From Candidatus Poseidoniaceae archaeon (GTDB lineage: Archaea; Thermoplasmatota; Poseidoniia; Poseidoniales; Poseidoniaceae), in assembly GCA_028821785.1 (NCBI GenBank), contig JAPKFC010000001.1, positions 7,518 to 71,517 of the forward strand: a stretch of 64,000 nucleotides of DNA, in the 5' to 3' direction. Shown in pieces: positions 1-10,247 of the stretch (position 1 is the first letter of the stretch; each line of letters opens with the position of its first letter). The translations under genes were made by a program, and so were the position numbers. The notes below the pieces were generated by a model. That model was not told the DNA's origin. It saw only the letters and a list, made by a program, of their open reading frames with translations, and did not search any database.

Positions 1-57
1 GCCGTTGTTAGGTGAGGTTCAAAGGCTGGAGACATCACCGCCTAATTGGTGAAAACT

Positions 58-1728
58 ATGGCTGATGCTGAGGAAGGTCGTCTAGAACGTCTAACTGGGA
101 TGTTAAAGCGCCGTGGAATCATTTTACCCGCGTTTGAAATACACGGCGGAGCAAAAGGCTTGTATGACTTTGGTCCCGTTGGCGGTCGCCTTAGAAATAA
201 AGTCAATCAAGCATGGCTAAATCATTGGATTTCTATGGGTAATATAGTGGAGTTATCTTGCCCTACAATTACCCCATATGCTGTTTTGGAGGCTAGTGGT
301 CATGTGGGAGAGTTTTCTGATTTCATGACCAATTGTAACTCATGCGAAGAAGCCAGTAGAGCTGATACAATTCTTGAACCGCATCATGCTAATCCAGATT
401 CCCTCACAAAATCCGATTTACAGCAATTACTTGGCGATGTAAATCCTCAGTGTCCTTCTTGCGGCGATAGTGACTGGAGTCCAATAGTAGCTCAAAATTT
501 GATGTTTAACACTACCATTGGAGCAGGGAAATCTGGTAGACCAGGTTTCCTTCGTCCAGAAACAGCACAAGGTATGTTCACATCATTCTCTTCATTATAT
601 CGACATAACCGCGAGAGATTGCCATTCGGAGCAGTACAGGTTGGAAAGGGATATAGAAATGAAATCAGCCCTCGCCAAGGTATGATTAGACTTAGAGAGT
701 TTAACATGGCTGAATTAGAATATTTCATTGACCCAGAGGTTGATCTAGAGCATGACTTCTCGCAGTGGGCATCTTTACAGATGAATTTGCTATCAGAAAG
801 TGATGGCGAAATAATAATGTCGATTACTGATGCAGTTGCTAAAGGAATAATCCGTCACCCAACGGTTGGAATGTTCATGGCTAAAACATTTGATTTCCTA
901 ACCAATATTGGGATTGATAGTTCCAAGTTAAGATTTAGACAACATCAAAGCGATGAGATGGCTCATTATGCATCCGATTGCTGGGATGTGGAAATACTTG
1001 GCTCATATGGGTGGGTTGAATGTGTTGGAATTGCTCACAGAGGTTGCTATGATCTTGAAGCGCATGAAAAAGCAACAGGAAAAACACTTCGAGCACGTCG
1101 CGAATTTGCCCAACCAAAAATCGTTGAGATTGATGGGTGGACTACCGATGGAGCAACTGCGGGCCCAGCGTTTAGGGCGCTAGCAGGTGCTGTCAAAAAG
1201 GCTGTAGAACAATTATCTTCTACCTGTGAATTCCCTACTCAAGTAACTTTGGAAAACGGTGAGTCGGTAACTGTTGACTCGGCGCATGTAAAGCGTGTTC
1301 AGAGAACTGAATCGATATCTGGTGAATGGTATATTCCACATGTTGTAGAACCTGCTTTTGGTATTGATAGAATAATTTGGCACTTACTGGACCATGCTTA
1401 TGATGAATCTGGAAAAGATGGTGAAGAATACGTTACTCTGAGATTGAATGAATCGATTGCACCTGTTGATTATTGTGTATTCCCTCTATTTGAGAAGGAT
1501 GGTATGGGAGAATTAGCAAGGGATATACATCGTTCACTATGTTCCAAATTTGGAACTGTTTCAATCTATGATGCCAGCGGTTCAATAGGAAGGCGCTATG
1601 CGAGAGCAGATGAAATTGGAGTTCCGATTTGCATTACAGTTGACCATCAATCACTACAAGATAATACAGTTACACTAAGGGATAGAGATAGTGGCAAACA
1701 ATCAAGAATTTCCATCTCAGAATTGTGA
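58..1728 (+). CDS. glyS: glycine--tRNA ligase, archaeal/eukaryotic alpha2 type (class II)
   Basis: ORF 46..1728 begins at TTG; the ATG at 58 is preferred. The class-II motif-2 region reads GKGYRNEISPRQGMIRLREFNMAELEYF. The C-terminal anticodon-binding region reads SGSIGRRYARADEIGVP. Confidence 0.9.
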   Translation: MADAEEGRLERLTGMLKRRGIILPAFEIHGGAKGLYDFGPVGGRLRNKVNQAWLNHWISMGNIVELSCPTITPYAVLEASGHVGEFSDFMTNCNSCEEASRADTILEPHHANPDSLTKSDLQQLLGDVNPQCPSCGDSDWSPIVAQNLMFNTTIGAGKSGRPGFLRPETAQGMFTSFSSLYRHNRERLPFGAVQVGKGYRNEISPRQGMIRLREFNMAELEYFIDPEVDLEHDFSQWASLQMNLLSESDGEIIMSITDAVAKGIIRHPTVGMFMAKTFDFLTNIGIDSSKLRFRQHQSDEMAHYASDCWDVEILGSYGWVECVGIAHRGCYDLEAHEKATGKTLRARREFAQPKIVEIDGWTTDGATAGPAFRALAGAVKKAVEQLSSTCEFPTQVTLENGESVTVDSAHVKRVQRTESISGEWYIPHVVEPAFGIDRIIWHLLDHAYDESGKDGEEYVTLRLNESIAPVDYCVFPLFEKDGMGELARDIHRSLCSKFGTVSIYDASGSIGRRYARADEIGVPICITVDHQSLQDNTVTLRDRDSGKQSRISISEL

Positions 1729-1761
1729 ATGTTGAATAACCATCGGTGATGGCTGTATATT

Positions 1762-3288
1762 ATGGGTGAAGTGAGCGATTGGACTGAACGTCACCGCCCA
1801 GTCTCCGAGAGGCAATTGGAGGGCAATGAGGTTCAACGCCGTAAAATCCGTAAATGGTTGGACGATTGGCAATCTGGTACTCCGAATAAAAAGGCGCTAC
1901 TGCTTGTGGGGCCACCAGGTGTTGGGAAAACAAGTGTTGCAAGAGCAGTAGCAGCTGATATGGGTTGGAATGTAATTGAACTCAATGCATCCGATGCCAG
2001 AAATGCTGCTGCAATAAGAAAGGCTGCAACCCAAGGTTCGACACATCGTTCTTTATTCCACGATCCGAATGAAAAAAACCAAAGGACTTTGATCTTACTA
2101 GATGAAGTAGACCATTTATCTGGAGGATTAAGAGAGGTTAGCCAAGAAAAATTAGAGAAAGCGATGATGGGAGATGAAATTGCAGGTAAGGCAATAACAT
2201 TCAGTGGTGATTCTGGAGGTAAGGCAGAATTGTTGAGATTGCTAGATGCCACCATGCAACCAGTGATTCTTGCATGCAATGAGGAGATGGGGTTGTGGGG
2301 CAAAGGTTCCACCTGGAGAAGTACTAGGGACCGCTTTTCAAAGCATTTACAGAAAATAATATTTGAGAGAGCTAGTGATGAAGCCCTAAGAAGAATTGCA
2401 AAAAGAGTATTGCGCGAAGAGAAAATTGAATTCGATGATTCGGCAGTTGAAGAACTGGTTAAGGCCAACCCAGGTGATCTGCGAGCATTAGTTCGTGATT
2501 TGCAGGTTGTTTGTGTTGACAAAGAAGTAAAACTGACTACCGATATTATCCGCATGCAAATCGCTGCAGGTCAGAGAGATATTTCGATTGAAATATTCCC
2601 TGGACTAGATAATTTGTACAGGAGCCGGACAGCCGAAGAAGCATCATCTATTTCTCGTACTATAGATAAATCTCCAGATGATTTGATGAATTGGGTGCAT
2701 TGGAATAATGCATCTTTATTTACTGATTTAAAAGGGGTTGTTAGAGGTGCCCGTTCCTTATCACAAGCAAATAGAATGTTCTATGGAAGATTCTTAAATA
2801 CAGCACATCGTTCTACTTATTGGTGCTCAAATTTGAGCGCTTTATCTGCTAGTATTGCTAACCCTACACCTCTAAGCGGGCGTATTTTCGCATCATACCC
2901 CAATTATCTCCGCCGTGGTAGTTCATACACACGTCCAACGATTATCAACAGATTGGCGAGCACCTGTGGTGCAAATAAATCAACGGTTAGAGAAGAAATG
3001 ATGCCAATATTGTCGGCATTAATGTCGGCTGAAGAAAAAGTTGGTGACCCTTCCGACTTCACCATCTCATTGAGTCTTGGCTTTACTGCAGAAGAACATG
3101 CTTCATTAGCCGGACTTCCATTATCACGAAGGAGCACAAAGGACTTGATTGCCAATTATAATGAAAGCCAAATTAAGTTGCTAGAAAAGCGTGATGAAAT
3201 CCAGCCACTACCTCAGATTGAGCAGCAGGTGGCTAAAGAAGAGGAAATAATTCAAGAAAAAGATCCGGGTCAAACTAAATTATTCTGA
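1762..3288 (+). CDS. rfcL: replication factor C large subunit
   Basis: N-terminus reads WTERHRP. Walker A is GPPGVGKTS and Walker B is LDEVDHL. The length of about 500 aa and the charged C-terminus are typical of archaeal RfcL. Confidence 0.85.
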   Translation: MGEVSDWTERHRPVSERQLEGNEVQRRKIRKWLDDWQSGTPNKKALLLVGPPGVGKTSVARAVAADMGWNVIELNASDARNAAAIRKAATQGSTHRSLFHDPNEKNQRTLILLDEVDHLSGGLREVSQEKLEKAMMGDEIAGKAITFSGDSGGKAELLRLLDATMQPVILACNEEMGLWGKGSTWRSTRDRFSKHLQKIIFERASDEALRRIAKRVLREEKIEFDDSAVEELVKANPGDLRALVRDLQVVCVDKEVKLTTDIIRMQIAAGQRDISIEIFPGLDNLYRSRTAEEASSISRTIDKSPDDLMNWVHWNNASLFTDLKGVVRGARSLSQANRMFYGRFLNTAHRSTYWCSNLSALSASIANPTPLSGRIFASYPNYLRRGSSYTRPTIINRLASTCGANKSTVREEMMPILSALMSAEEKVGDPSDFTISLSLGFTAEEHASLAGLPLSRRSTKDLIANYNESQIKLLEKRDEIQPLPQIEQQVAKEEEIIQEKDPGQTKLF

Positions 3289-3292
3289 ATAT

Positions 3293-4918
3293 TCATTCTT
3301 TATCTTTGGATGGAATAATTCTTCTATACAAAGCGACAGCAGATCGTTCTGTCAAAACTTTTTCTTCCTTCTTCCATGTTCTTGGATGTAATAAAATAAC
3401 AGCGGTTAGTAATTCCAATCGTCCGAACCACATCAGCACTGATGTAATTAGTAGGGCACCAAAATTCATCTCTGCCCAAGTATTAGTCGGGCCAAATTCA
3501 CCAAGCGCTGGTCCAGTATTACCTAATGATGATGCTACAACTGAAATTATACTTTCAAAGGATTCATTTGGCATACATATCGCCAACAATACACAAGATA
3601 TTGCAAATAGACCAATCCATACAAACAACATACCTACTATCAGGCCAAGTTGATGTCTTTCAACAACTTCACCATTCATTCTAATACGATCTATCCTTCT
3701 TGGTTGTCCAATTCGTACAATTTCACGCATTGCTACTTTGAAAGCTAGATTAATTCTCAGTAATTTCAATCCCCCACTTGTAGAGCCAGCACAGGCACCA
3801 ACAATCATTAGTGTCAGGAATATTATTTGTGTAACAATCGGCCAAGCACCATAATCAGTTGAAGAATATCCAGTAGAAGTTCCAATGGAAATGACATTGA
3901 ATAAACTGTATCTTAATGAGTTACCAAGAGATATCTCAGTAGCCATTAGAGCTAATACCATTGCACATATTGCAACAATCAAATACACTAGATAATTTTT
4001 AAATTCTTCATCTCCAGATGTTCTTTTTAATTCCCTCATACAAAATAGCCAAATCAGTGTAAAATTCACTCCTGCAATAAACATAAAGATGATGATAATA
4101 CCTTCAATCGTCATAGAATCATAATATCCTATACTCGCATCTCGTGTTGAAAATCCACCAGATGCAACAGTTGTAAGTGCATGATTAACGGAATCGAATA
4201 ATGTCATACCACCCACAAACTTCAGCAATAGCATTTCAACAATTGTTAGCACAATATACAAACTCCATAATGCTAATGCAGTTTGCTGTAATTTAGGTTT
4301 CAATCTTGATAGAGATGGTCCAGTTAATTCAGCCCGCGCTAGTGCCATTCCTCCACCAATTATTCTTGACAATACCATCATTCCAAGCATGATTATTCCC
4401 ATTCCACCAAGCCATTGTGTTATTGATCGCCAAAGTAGAAGTCCTCGAGGTTGTGAATTAATACAATCCATCGGACCAGGAATACAATTAGGACTCATAT
4501 TGTGTGAAATAACAGTTGCTCCGGTCGTAGTAAATCCAGACATTGATTCAAACCATGAATTGATTGCACCGCGCGCAACATCTACAAAAGATGCGCCATC
4601 AGTAAATGGTCCTACGAACATTCCCCCAAGCCAAAATGGTAAACTGCCTATCAAAACTGCTAATGGCCAAACTAGTGCTACAGCAGCAAAGGCTTCCTTA
4701 TCCCTTAGTCTCTCGCTAGTATTGGTCCTTGTCCAAAGAGTCAACATGGAAATTCCAATAGTCAAAGATATCATACTCGGTATTGCAAAAGAGATTATTG
4801 CTAATTCAATATTATCTAAAAAAGCAGTAGCGATACCTGATGCAGCAAGTGGCAGCGCTAACGCAATTAGCGTCCACCCCAATATCATACTTAGTACATC
4901 AGTTCGCATTACAATCAT
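3293..4918 (-). CDS. trkH: Trk/Ktr-type K+ uptake membrane subunit TrkH
   Basis: A polytopic membrane protein with four pore-loop-like motifs: GFTTTGAT, SGGFSTRD, GTSTGYSS and GNTGPALG. Its start overlaps the trkA stop as ATGA at 4915-4918. Confidence 0.85.
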   Translation of the reverse strand: MIVMRTDVLSMILGWTLIALALPLAASGIATAFLDNIELAIISFAIPSMISLTIGISMLTLWTRTNTSERLRDKEAFAAVALVWPLAVLIGSLPFWLGGMFVGPFTDGASFVDVARGAINSWFESMSGFTTTGATVISHNMSPNCIPGPMDCINSQPRGLLLWRSITQWLGGMGIIMLGMMVLSRIIGGGMALARAELTGPSLSRLKPKLQQTALALWSLYIVLTIVEMLLLKFVGGMTLFDSVNHALTTVASGGFSTRDASIGYYDSMTIEGIIIIFMFIAGVNFTLIWLFCMRELKRTSGDEEFKNYLVYLIVAICAMVLALMATEISLGNSLRYSLFNVISIGTSTGYSSTDYGAWPIVTQIIFLTLMIVGACAGSTSGGLKLLRINLAFKVAMREIVRIGQPRRIDRIRMNGEVVERHQLGLIVGMLFVWIGLFAISCVLLAICMPNESFESIISVVASSLGNTGPALGEFGPTNTWAEMNFGALLITSVLMWFGRLELLTAVILLHPRTWKKEEKVLTERSAVALYRRIIPSKDKE

Positions 4919-6324
4919 ACCTTGAATCGCTTTTCTAATTCTGCAACTCTATCTGGATTACAGAACATGGTTAATCGGTCACCTTTGATAATTAACTTGT
5001 CAGGAGAAGGTCTCATATTTTCCCATTTGTTAACACTGACTCTCCTTTGAATGAATGCAATTCGCATCCATTCAGGGAAATTTGCTTCAGATATTTTCAA
5101 TCCACAGAATTTTGCAGTTTCCTTCACTGGTAACGATATGCCGATAATCTCTGGAATCGTTGACAATAATGCATATGCACCAGTAGTTTTTGTATGAATT
5201 AGGGCTAATAAGTTATCAACAGCCACTCGTTTCATATCAACAGCAAAGGTAATTCCCATACGTTGAGTAACCTTGACTAAATCAGCATCGTGCAGCATTA
5301 AACCGGTCCTTTGCACACCCATGTCACTAGCCAATAATGCTGCTGCGATACAAGCGTGATCATCCGCTAATGCAGCAATTGCAATATCATGTTCAGAAAT
5401 ACCAATCTCCTTCAACATTTCTCTGTCTAAGTGGTCACCATGAATTACTTCAATATTCTTATTAGCTCCAGTTTTTGTTCCTGAAAAATCATTGGCTGTT
5501 TGTAAATTTCTTTCAATCATTGTCACCGAAGCGCCAGATGAGAGCCATTTATCTGCAACTCTCTGTCCAATCTTATTGGCACCAATAATTGCTACCTTAG
5601 GTGCAGAAGGGAAGTTTTTTGGCTGATGTCCAAAGATTTTCAAAATATGGTTGAAACTTGAAGTTCCAGTGGTAGCGACAGCGATTTTATCGTTTGGAAC
5701 GAGGACGAATTCACCGTCAGGAACGATACTCTTCTCACCTTCTCGCTTGACTCCAATAATTAGCGGCAATTCTCCATCAATGTTTTGAGCGGCTTCTTTT
5801 AGACTCAGGAAAATAACGTCCGTTGCATCATTAGTAACATCTAATTCAATGACGAATGCATCATGTCCGAAAGGTATCACTTCTTCGATACCGGGAGTTC
5901 TCAAACCTAAATGTAGGCGACCTATTGCACCATCTAGTGGATTTACAACATGGTCTACCTTTGCCCACTCTGTCAAATATCCTTGTTCTTGTTCCTTGAC
6001 ATATTTGTTATCTCTAACACGACATATTGAGAGTAAATTTTTACCGCCTAATTCCTTGCTGGTATGTTCAGCCAAGATACATGCTAACAAATTCCTCTCA
6101 TCAGAATTAGTTACAGCAATAAATACCTCGGACTCTGCTATCCCAGCCTCAATCAATTTTTCTCTTGATACAAAGTCACCATGTATGACCAAAGCATCTA
6201 GATTTTGAGCATTTTTTACTGCACGGGAATCTGAATCTACTAGAACTACATCCAAATCTTCTGCTCTCAATGCTTTGGCCAAATCAGTACCGACTCTGCC
6301 AGCACCACCTATTATCACTCTCAT
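4915..6324 (-). CDS. trkA: Trk system NAD-binding subunit TrkA (two RCK units)
   Basis: There are two Rossmann motifs, MRVIIGGAGRVG and VAIIGANKIGQRV, each followed by a TrkA_C-like segment. I chose the ATG at 6324 (MRVIIGG); the ORF-track start at 6372 would overlap the upstream gene. Confidence 0.85.
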   Translation of the reverse strand: MRVIIGGAGRVGTDLAKALRAEDLDVVLVDSDSRAVKNAQNLDALVIHGDFVSREKLIEAGIAESEVFIAVTNSDERNLLACILAEHTSKELGGKNLLSICRVRDNKYVKEQEQGYLTEWAKVDHVVNPLDGAIGRLHLGLRTPGIEEVIPFGHDAFVIELDVTNDATDVIFLSLKEAAQNIDGELPLIIGVKREGEKSIVPDGEFVLVPNDKIAVATTGTSSFNHILKIFGHQPKNFPSAPKVAIIGANKIGQRVADKWLSSGASVTMIERNLQTANDFSGTKTGANKNIEVIHGDHLDREMLKEIGISEHDIAIAALADDHACIAAALLASDMGVQRTGLMLHDADLVKVTQRMGITFAVDMKRVAVDNLLALIHTKTTGAYALLSTIPEIIGISLPVKETAKFCGLKISEANFPEWMRIAFIQRRVSVNKWENMRPSPDKLIIKGDRLTMFCNPDRVAELEKRFKV

Positions 6325-6328
6325 ATTA

Positions 6329-7942
6329 TCACCTAAATGTTTCAGGGTACATTTTAACCTGATATGTTCCACCTGTTAATTCCAAATTGGAACCAGTAGC
6401 ATAACTTCGTTCTCTTTCAATTCCGCTCGTTTGAGTAACCGGATGATAGAAATTATTCAATTTTGTCGCAGTTTCATCTGCTTCTTCTACCCAATCGATA
6501 TATCCAGTTGGTGTATTCAATAGCCATTTGTTGTTAACGACATCGACAGCACCATTTACGAAGCAAGAATTGCGTTCAATATTATTTTCATCACACCATT
6601 GATCACTCATTGGTAGCTGAATGTAGCCCCATGCATGCGCCTCCCAATTAACGTAGTTGGCATCGGTCAATGCACCGAAGACAAACCAGCCTGGTATTCC
6701 TTTGACGCGAAGTAGGCTGAGAAATGCATTGGTTTGTTCATCGCAATCGCCTTGGCCATCATTAAGACATGAAGGACCACTTCTTGCAACATTAGGAGCA
6801 AATTTATCATAAGCAATATTTTTGTGAAGGTAATCAAATGCAGCCCTTGAGAATGCGTAAGCGTTATCTTGTAATCCTTCAGGTAAATCTGCGCTAATTA
6901 ATTCTACAGTCGATAAAACAACTTCTGCCTGTGAATTGATAGCATATCCTGCAGGTGAACCTCTGTCATACCATTTATCATCTGTAAAATCATAGAACTT
7001 TCTACCATTATCTCTACTTGGGATGTCGGAGAATCCCCCACTATTATCAACATTGATTCCCAAATCCTTTCCTGCAATCCTTGAATCCACCCGCATATCG
7101 TTATGCCATGAATAAGATGTTGAATGAACTCCAACTGAATATGTGAAACTGCTAGATTCACCTGGTGCCAAATTGACTAATACCTTGACACAATTGCTAA
7201 CAGAACAAAAATCAGCACCAGTTCCAACGCCAGGCCACCAGATTTCATGTCCACCAGAAGTAACTAATTTCTCAGAAGCAGATCTAATTGGTAAACCGGT
7301 AGTGGGAACAGGATAATTTTCATTTCCAAAAGAGATGCTAATGGCAGTTGTCATTTGAATTGAATTTGGAGATTCAGACGGTGTGCCATCAGTGTATTCA
7401 AACCCATAAGCAGAACCTTGTGCAGAACTAACAGCAGGAGGGATTGCTAAATTCTCTACCAAGTACCCTTGTGCTCCAGAATTTGTTATGTATACTGTTT
7501 TTTCCAGTGTATATGATGCCTCAACCGGGTATAGGTGATATGGCGAAACAGCATCTTGGATGTATTCTTGGACGCCAGCCCACTCAGCCAATAGATGCTC
7601 TCTAGCCTGTGGAGATAGCATGATGAAGGCCACCAGTGATAACATTACAAAACTTCGAAAACGATTCTTTCTTCGTTTTAAGATATTTTTAGATCTTCCA
7701 GCATGAGTATGAACCATGCCTTTTTGAGTAGGTTTTGGAGTCATTTTGTACGAAGATGCCAAGCTTCCCTGATTGAATTGTTGCTCAAGCCTAAAATTAC
7801 TTGATTTCATATTGGCAAGAACACGACCACATGAATAACAGATTGAATCTCCCGATTCAGTAGTTGCTTTGCAATAAGGGCAAGAACCCATATCTTTTGG
7901 GCTAAGCGGGGGTTGTATAACCATTGCTAGCGGAAAGCCCAC
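6329..7942 (-). CDS. membrane-anchored transglutaminase-like protein with N-terminal zinc ribbon
   Basis: N-terminal zinc ribbon CPYCKATTESGDSICYSCG, then one TM helix (FVMLSLVAFIMLS). The C-terminal transglutaminase-core signature is GDCDEQTNAFLSLLRVKGIPGWFVFG ... AHAWGYIQL, giving a Cys-His(-Asp) arrangement. Confidence 0.6.
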   Translation of the reverse strand: MGFPLAMVIQPPLSPKDMGSCPYCKATTESGDSICYSCGRVLANMKSSNFRLEQQFNQGSLASSYKMTPKPTQKGMVHTHAGRSKNILKRRKNRFRSFVMLSLVAFIMLSPQAREHLLAEWAGVQEYIQDAVSPYHLYPVEASYTLEKTVYITNSGAQGYLVENLAIPPAVSSAQGSAYGFEYTDGTPSESPNSIQMTTAISISFGNENYPVPTTGLPIRSASEKLVTSGGHEIWWPGVGTGADFCSVSNCVKVLVNLAPGESSSFTYSVGVHSTSYSWHNDMRVDSRIAGKDLGINVDNSGGFSDIPSRDNGRKFYDFTDDKWYDRGSPAGYAINSQAEVVLSTVELISADLPEGLQDNAYAFSRAAFDYLHKNIAYDKFAPNVARSGPSCLNDGQGDCDEQTNAFLSLLRVKGIPGWFVFGALTDANYVNWEAHAWGYIQLPMSDQWCDENNIERNSCFVNGAVDVVNNKWLLNTPTGYIDWVEEADETATKLNNFYHPVTQTSGIERERSYATGSNLELTGGTYQVKMYPETFR

Positions 7943-8038
7943 AAAAGCCCTTATTTGCTATGAATTGACAATACACCGAATTATTATTGGCAAGGCACTT
8001 AGTAGATACTTACTTACTTAGAGTGATTGGGAAATTAT

Positions 8039-8803
8039 TCATTCTTCTTCATCGAGAGATTTTTTGGACCGCTTTTCTCTTTCATTTGAGGCCCAAATTC
8101 TCCTCAATCTACGCCTTGCCGGTTTGGGGATAGATGCCCAAACCCAATCCTCTATTCTCGGGTCTACAATCATCATCATCGAGCCAATAAAAACCCATCC
8201 AAATGGGTTGGCAATTGAGTAGGGAATCATGACCAATAATCCAATTCGCCAAGTGGTCGATCTAAATACAGCCCCCCATTTTCTTCCATTTAGCATCATA
8301 AATCCTTGATGAGCGGTAATCATTGCTTCACATCTTGGCATAATTACTGCAATGGCTGCAACAGTTAGTAACAATCTTGCTGAAAAGAGAGTATCCTCAT
8401 TTTGTAAGAACCTGAAAATCAAAACCATTGATGTCATTCCACCGATTGCTAGACCCAAAGCCCATCCACTGGTTGGATGTGAACCACCCTTTCGCACCCT
8501 CTCTCTTCGCAGCAACATATGGACAGTTACCGACAGTAGTATGGTTATAATCAACAGCGAACCTGGATTAGGGACTCGAGCGCCTTCAATTTCTGCTATA
8601 AGCTTAAAATATGGATCAACTAATGAACTATAGTAAGTGGTTGCATAAACCATTCCAATAATGATTCCCCAAAACATTTGATTCCAAGCAGTTGGTAAAT
8701 CATAAAATCCAGAATACTTTGTCATCACACCTCTCCAACCGAGAGTCATACCAATTAGAGATACGAATGTTGCTACCTGAAACAACAAGTTCTCACTTAG
8801 CAT
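8039..8803 (-). CDS. hypothetical polytopic membrane protein with basic C-terminal tail
   Basis: A 254-aa ORF with about 6-7 hydrophobic helices and an Arg/Lys-rich tail (PARRRLRRIWASNEREKRSKKS). I recognised no family motif. Confidence 0.45.
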   Translation of the reverse strand: MLSENLLFQVATFVSLIGMTLGWRGVMTKYSGFYDLPTAWNQMFWGIIIGMVYATTYYSSLVDPYFKLIAEIEGARVPNPGSLLIITILLSVTVHMLLRRERVRKGGSHPTSGWALGLAIGGMTSMVLIFRFLQNEDTLFSARLLLTVAAIAVIMPRCEAMITAHQGFMMLNGRKWGAVFRSTTWRIGLLVMIPYSIANPFGWVFIGSMMMIVDPRIEDWVWASIPKPARRRLRRIWASNEREKRSKKSLDEEE

Positions 8804-8938
8804 AATCTGTCGCAGAAGAGTTCACTTCTTCAATCAATTGATGAATCTGCCTCCATTAGATGACTTTGCAAGTTAATTGCTCGAAGCCGTTGTATGCTAT
8901 GCGTATCTTCAAGCGTAACCTATTGTTGGCAAGATTAT

Positions 8939-10186
8939 ATGGCACGATTGTTATTGTTTGGCGGCAAAGGTGGAGTCGGAAAAACGACCACTTCATCAGC
9001 AACTGCAGTTTGGCTTGCAGATTCAGGTTTGCGAGTTTTGTTAGTATCTAGTGACCCTGCGCATTCCACTTCTGATTCACTAGGAGTGAATATTGGAAGC
9101 AAAGTAACACCAATAGAGGGTGTTGATGGTCTATGGGGCCTAGAGATGGACCCAGAGGCAAAGATATCGGCCCTATTACCAAAAGTAGGTTCAGCGATGG
9201 AAAAAATGAACTCATCCGGTGGTCTTGGTAGTTTGGGTATGATGTTAGATCCTAAGGCCAAGGATGAGATTAAGGACATTAAGGGTGAAATAAAGACATC
9301 CGACATGGTAATCCCTGGATTGGATGAAGCAATGGCATTTGATGAGTTACTGCAACATGTAGAAGATCCAAATTGGGATGTGATTGTATTTGACACAGCT
9401 CCAACTGGACATACATTGAGATTTTTGTCACTGCCGGAATTAATTGAAGCGTGGTCTGATAGACTAATTCGCATGATGAGGGTTTCTGGAGGAATTCGTT
9501 CAATGATGTTTGGCAAAAAGGAAAGTGATGCTATGAAAGAGGAACTTGAAAAATTCCAACGTCGAGTCTTACATGTAAGAAGAGTCCTTTCCAATGATGA
9601 AATTACTTCCTTTACTTTGGTCACTATACCTGAAAGAATGGGTGTCAATGAAACAATTCGCGCTAAGAAATCATTACAAGAATTTAATTTACCCATTGGA
9701 GGTTGCCTAGTAAACAGACTAACTCCGGAATTCGACCATCCATTCCTAAAGACTAGGAGAGATGCTGAATTAGAAATAATTGAAGAGTTGAAAGAAAGTC
9801 TTGGAGTCGATGTTTCTTGCATGGAATTGTTTGAAACAGAAGTAGTAGGGATTGAGAGGCTAAGAGAGGTAGGGCAATACTTGTATGGGCCTATTGTGGA
9901 GATAGATAGTGGTTTAGGGCCTCATTCTATAGGTTCAGTTTTACATCATGAGGTCCATAGGGGAATGGTTAAAGAATTAGGCGAAGGTGTTGAAATAATA
10001 TTTTTGCACTATCCTGGAATTAAACGTGAAGAATTATCACTGCGAAGCGAAGAAGGAGTTCTTTTTGTTGGACTTAATGGGAGAGAAAAAGAAGTAAAAA
10101 CATCAGTTTCTACGAAAGCAAGCCAAGTAAATGCAAAATTAGAAGGCGATGTCCTACGACTTGAAATTCCTCTTAATGACCAATAG
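8939..10186 (+). CDS. ArsA/Get3 (TRC40)-family ATPase with HSP20-like C-terminal domain
   Basis: Deviant Walker A is FGGKGGVGKTT. Other family motifs are SSDPAHS and the switch II motif DTAPTGHTLRFL. The C-terminal ~90 aa look like an alpha-crystallin/ArsA_HSP20-like beta domain (EELSLRSEEGVLFVGLNG...AKLEGDVLRLEIP). Start chosen at the ATG at 8939 (MARLLLFGG). Confidence 0.8.
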   Translation: MARLLLFGGKGGVGKTTTSSATAVWLADSGLRVLLVSSDPAHSTSDSLGVNIGSKVTPIEGVDGLWGLEMDPEAKISALLPKVGSAMEKMNSSGGLGSLGMMLDPKAKDEIKDIKGEIKTSDMVIPGLDEAMAFDELLQHVEDPNWDVIVFDTAPTGHTLRFLSLPELIEAWSDRLIRMMRVSGGIRSMMFGKKESDAMKEELEKFQRRVLHVRRVLSNDEITSFTLVTIPERMGVNETIRAKKSLQEFNLPIGGCLVNRLTPEFDHPFLKTRRDAELEIIEELKESLGVDVSCMELFETEVVGIERLREVGQYLYGPIVEIDSGLGPHSIGSVLHHEVHRGMVKELGEGVEIIFLHYPGIKREELSLRSEEGVLFVGLNGREKEVKTSVSTKASQVNAKLEGDVLRLEIPLNDQ

Positions 10187-10247
10187 AGAATAATTTTCCA
10201 TCACTCAATAGGCATGGGTTGAAAAGTGGCGGCTTTCACGCTAAGCC

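Noticed and set aside
1833-2555. Long antisense or overlapping ORFs inside well-supported genes: 1833..2555(-), 8935..9822(-), 17217..17897(+), 39528..40118(-), 40745..41326(-), 4389..4925(+), 36303..36677(+), 43786..44193(-) and others in the track.
   Set aside because: Each lies fully inside, and opposite or out of frame to, a gene with clear family motifs (RFC, ArsA, OPT, Tsr3, FdhD/YdeP, TrkH and so on). They show low-complexity composition and no motifs. They are typical shadow ORFs.
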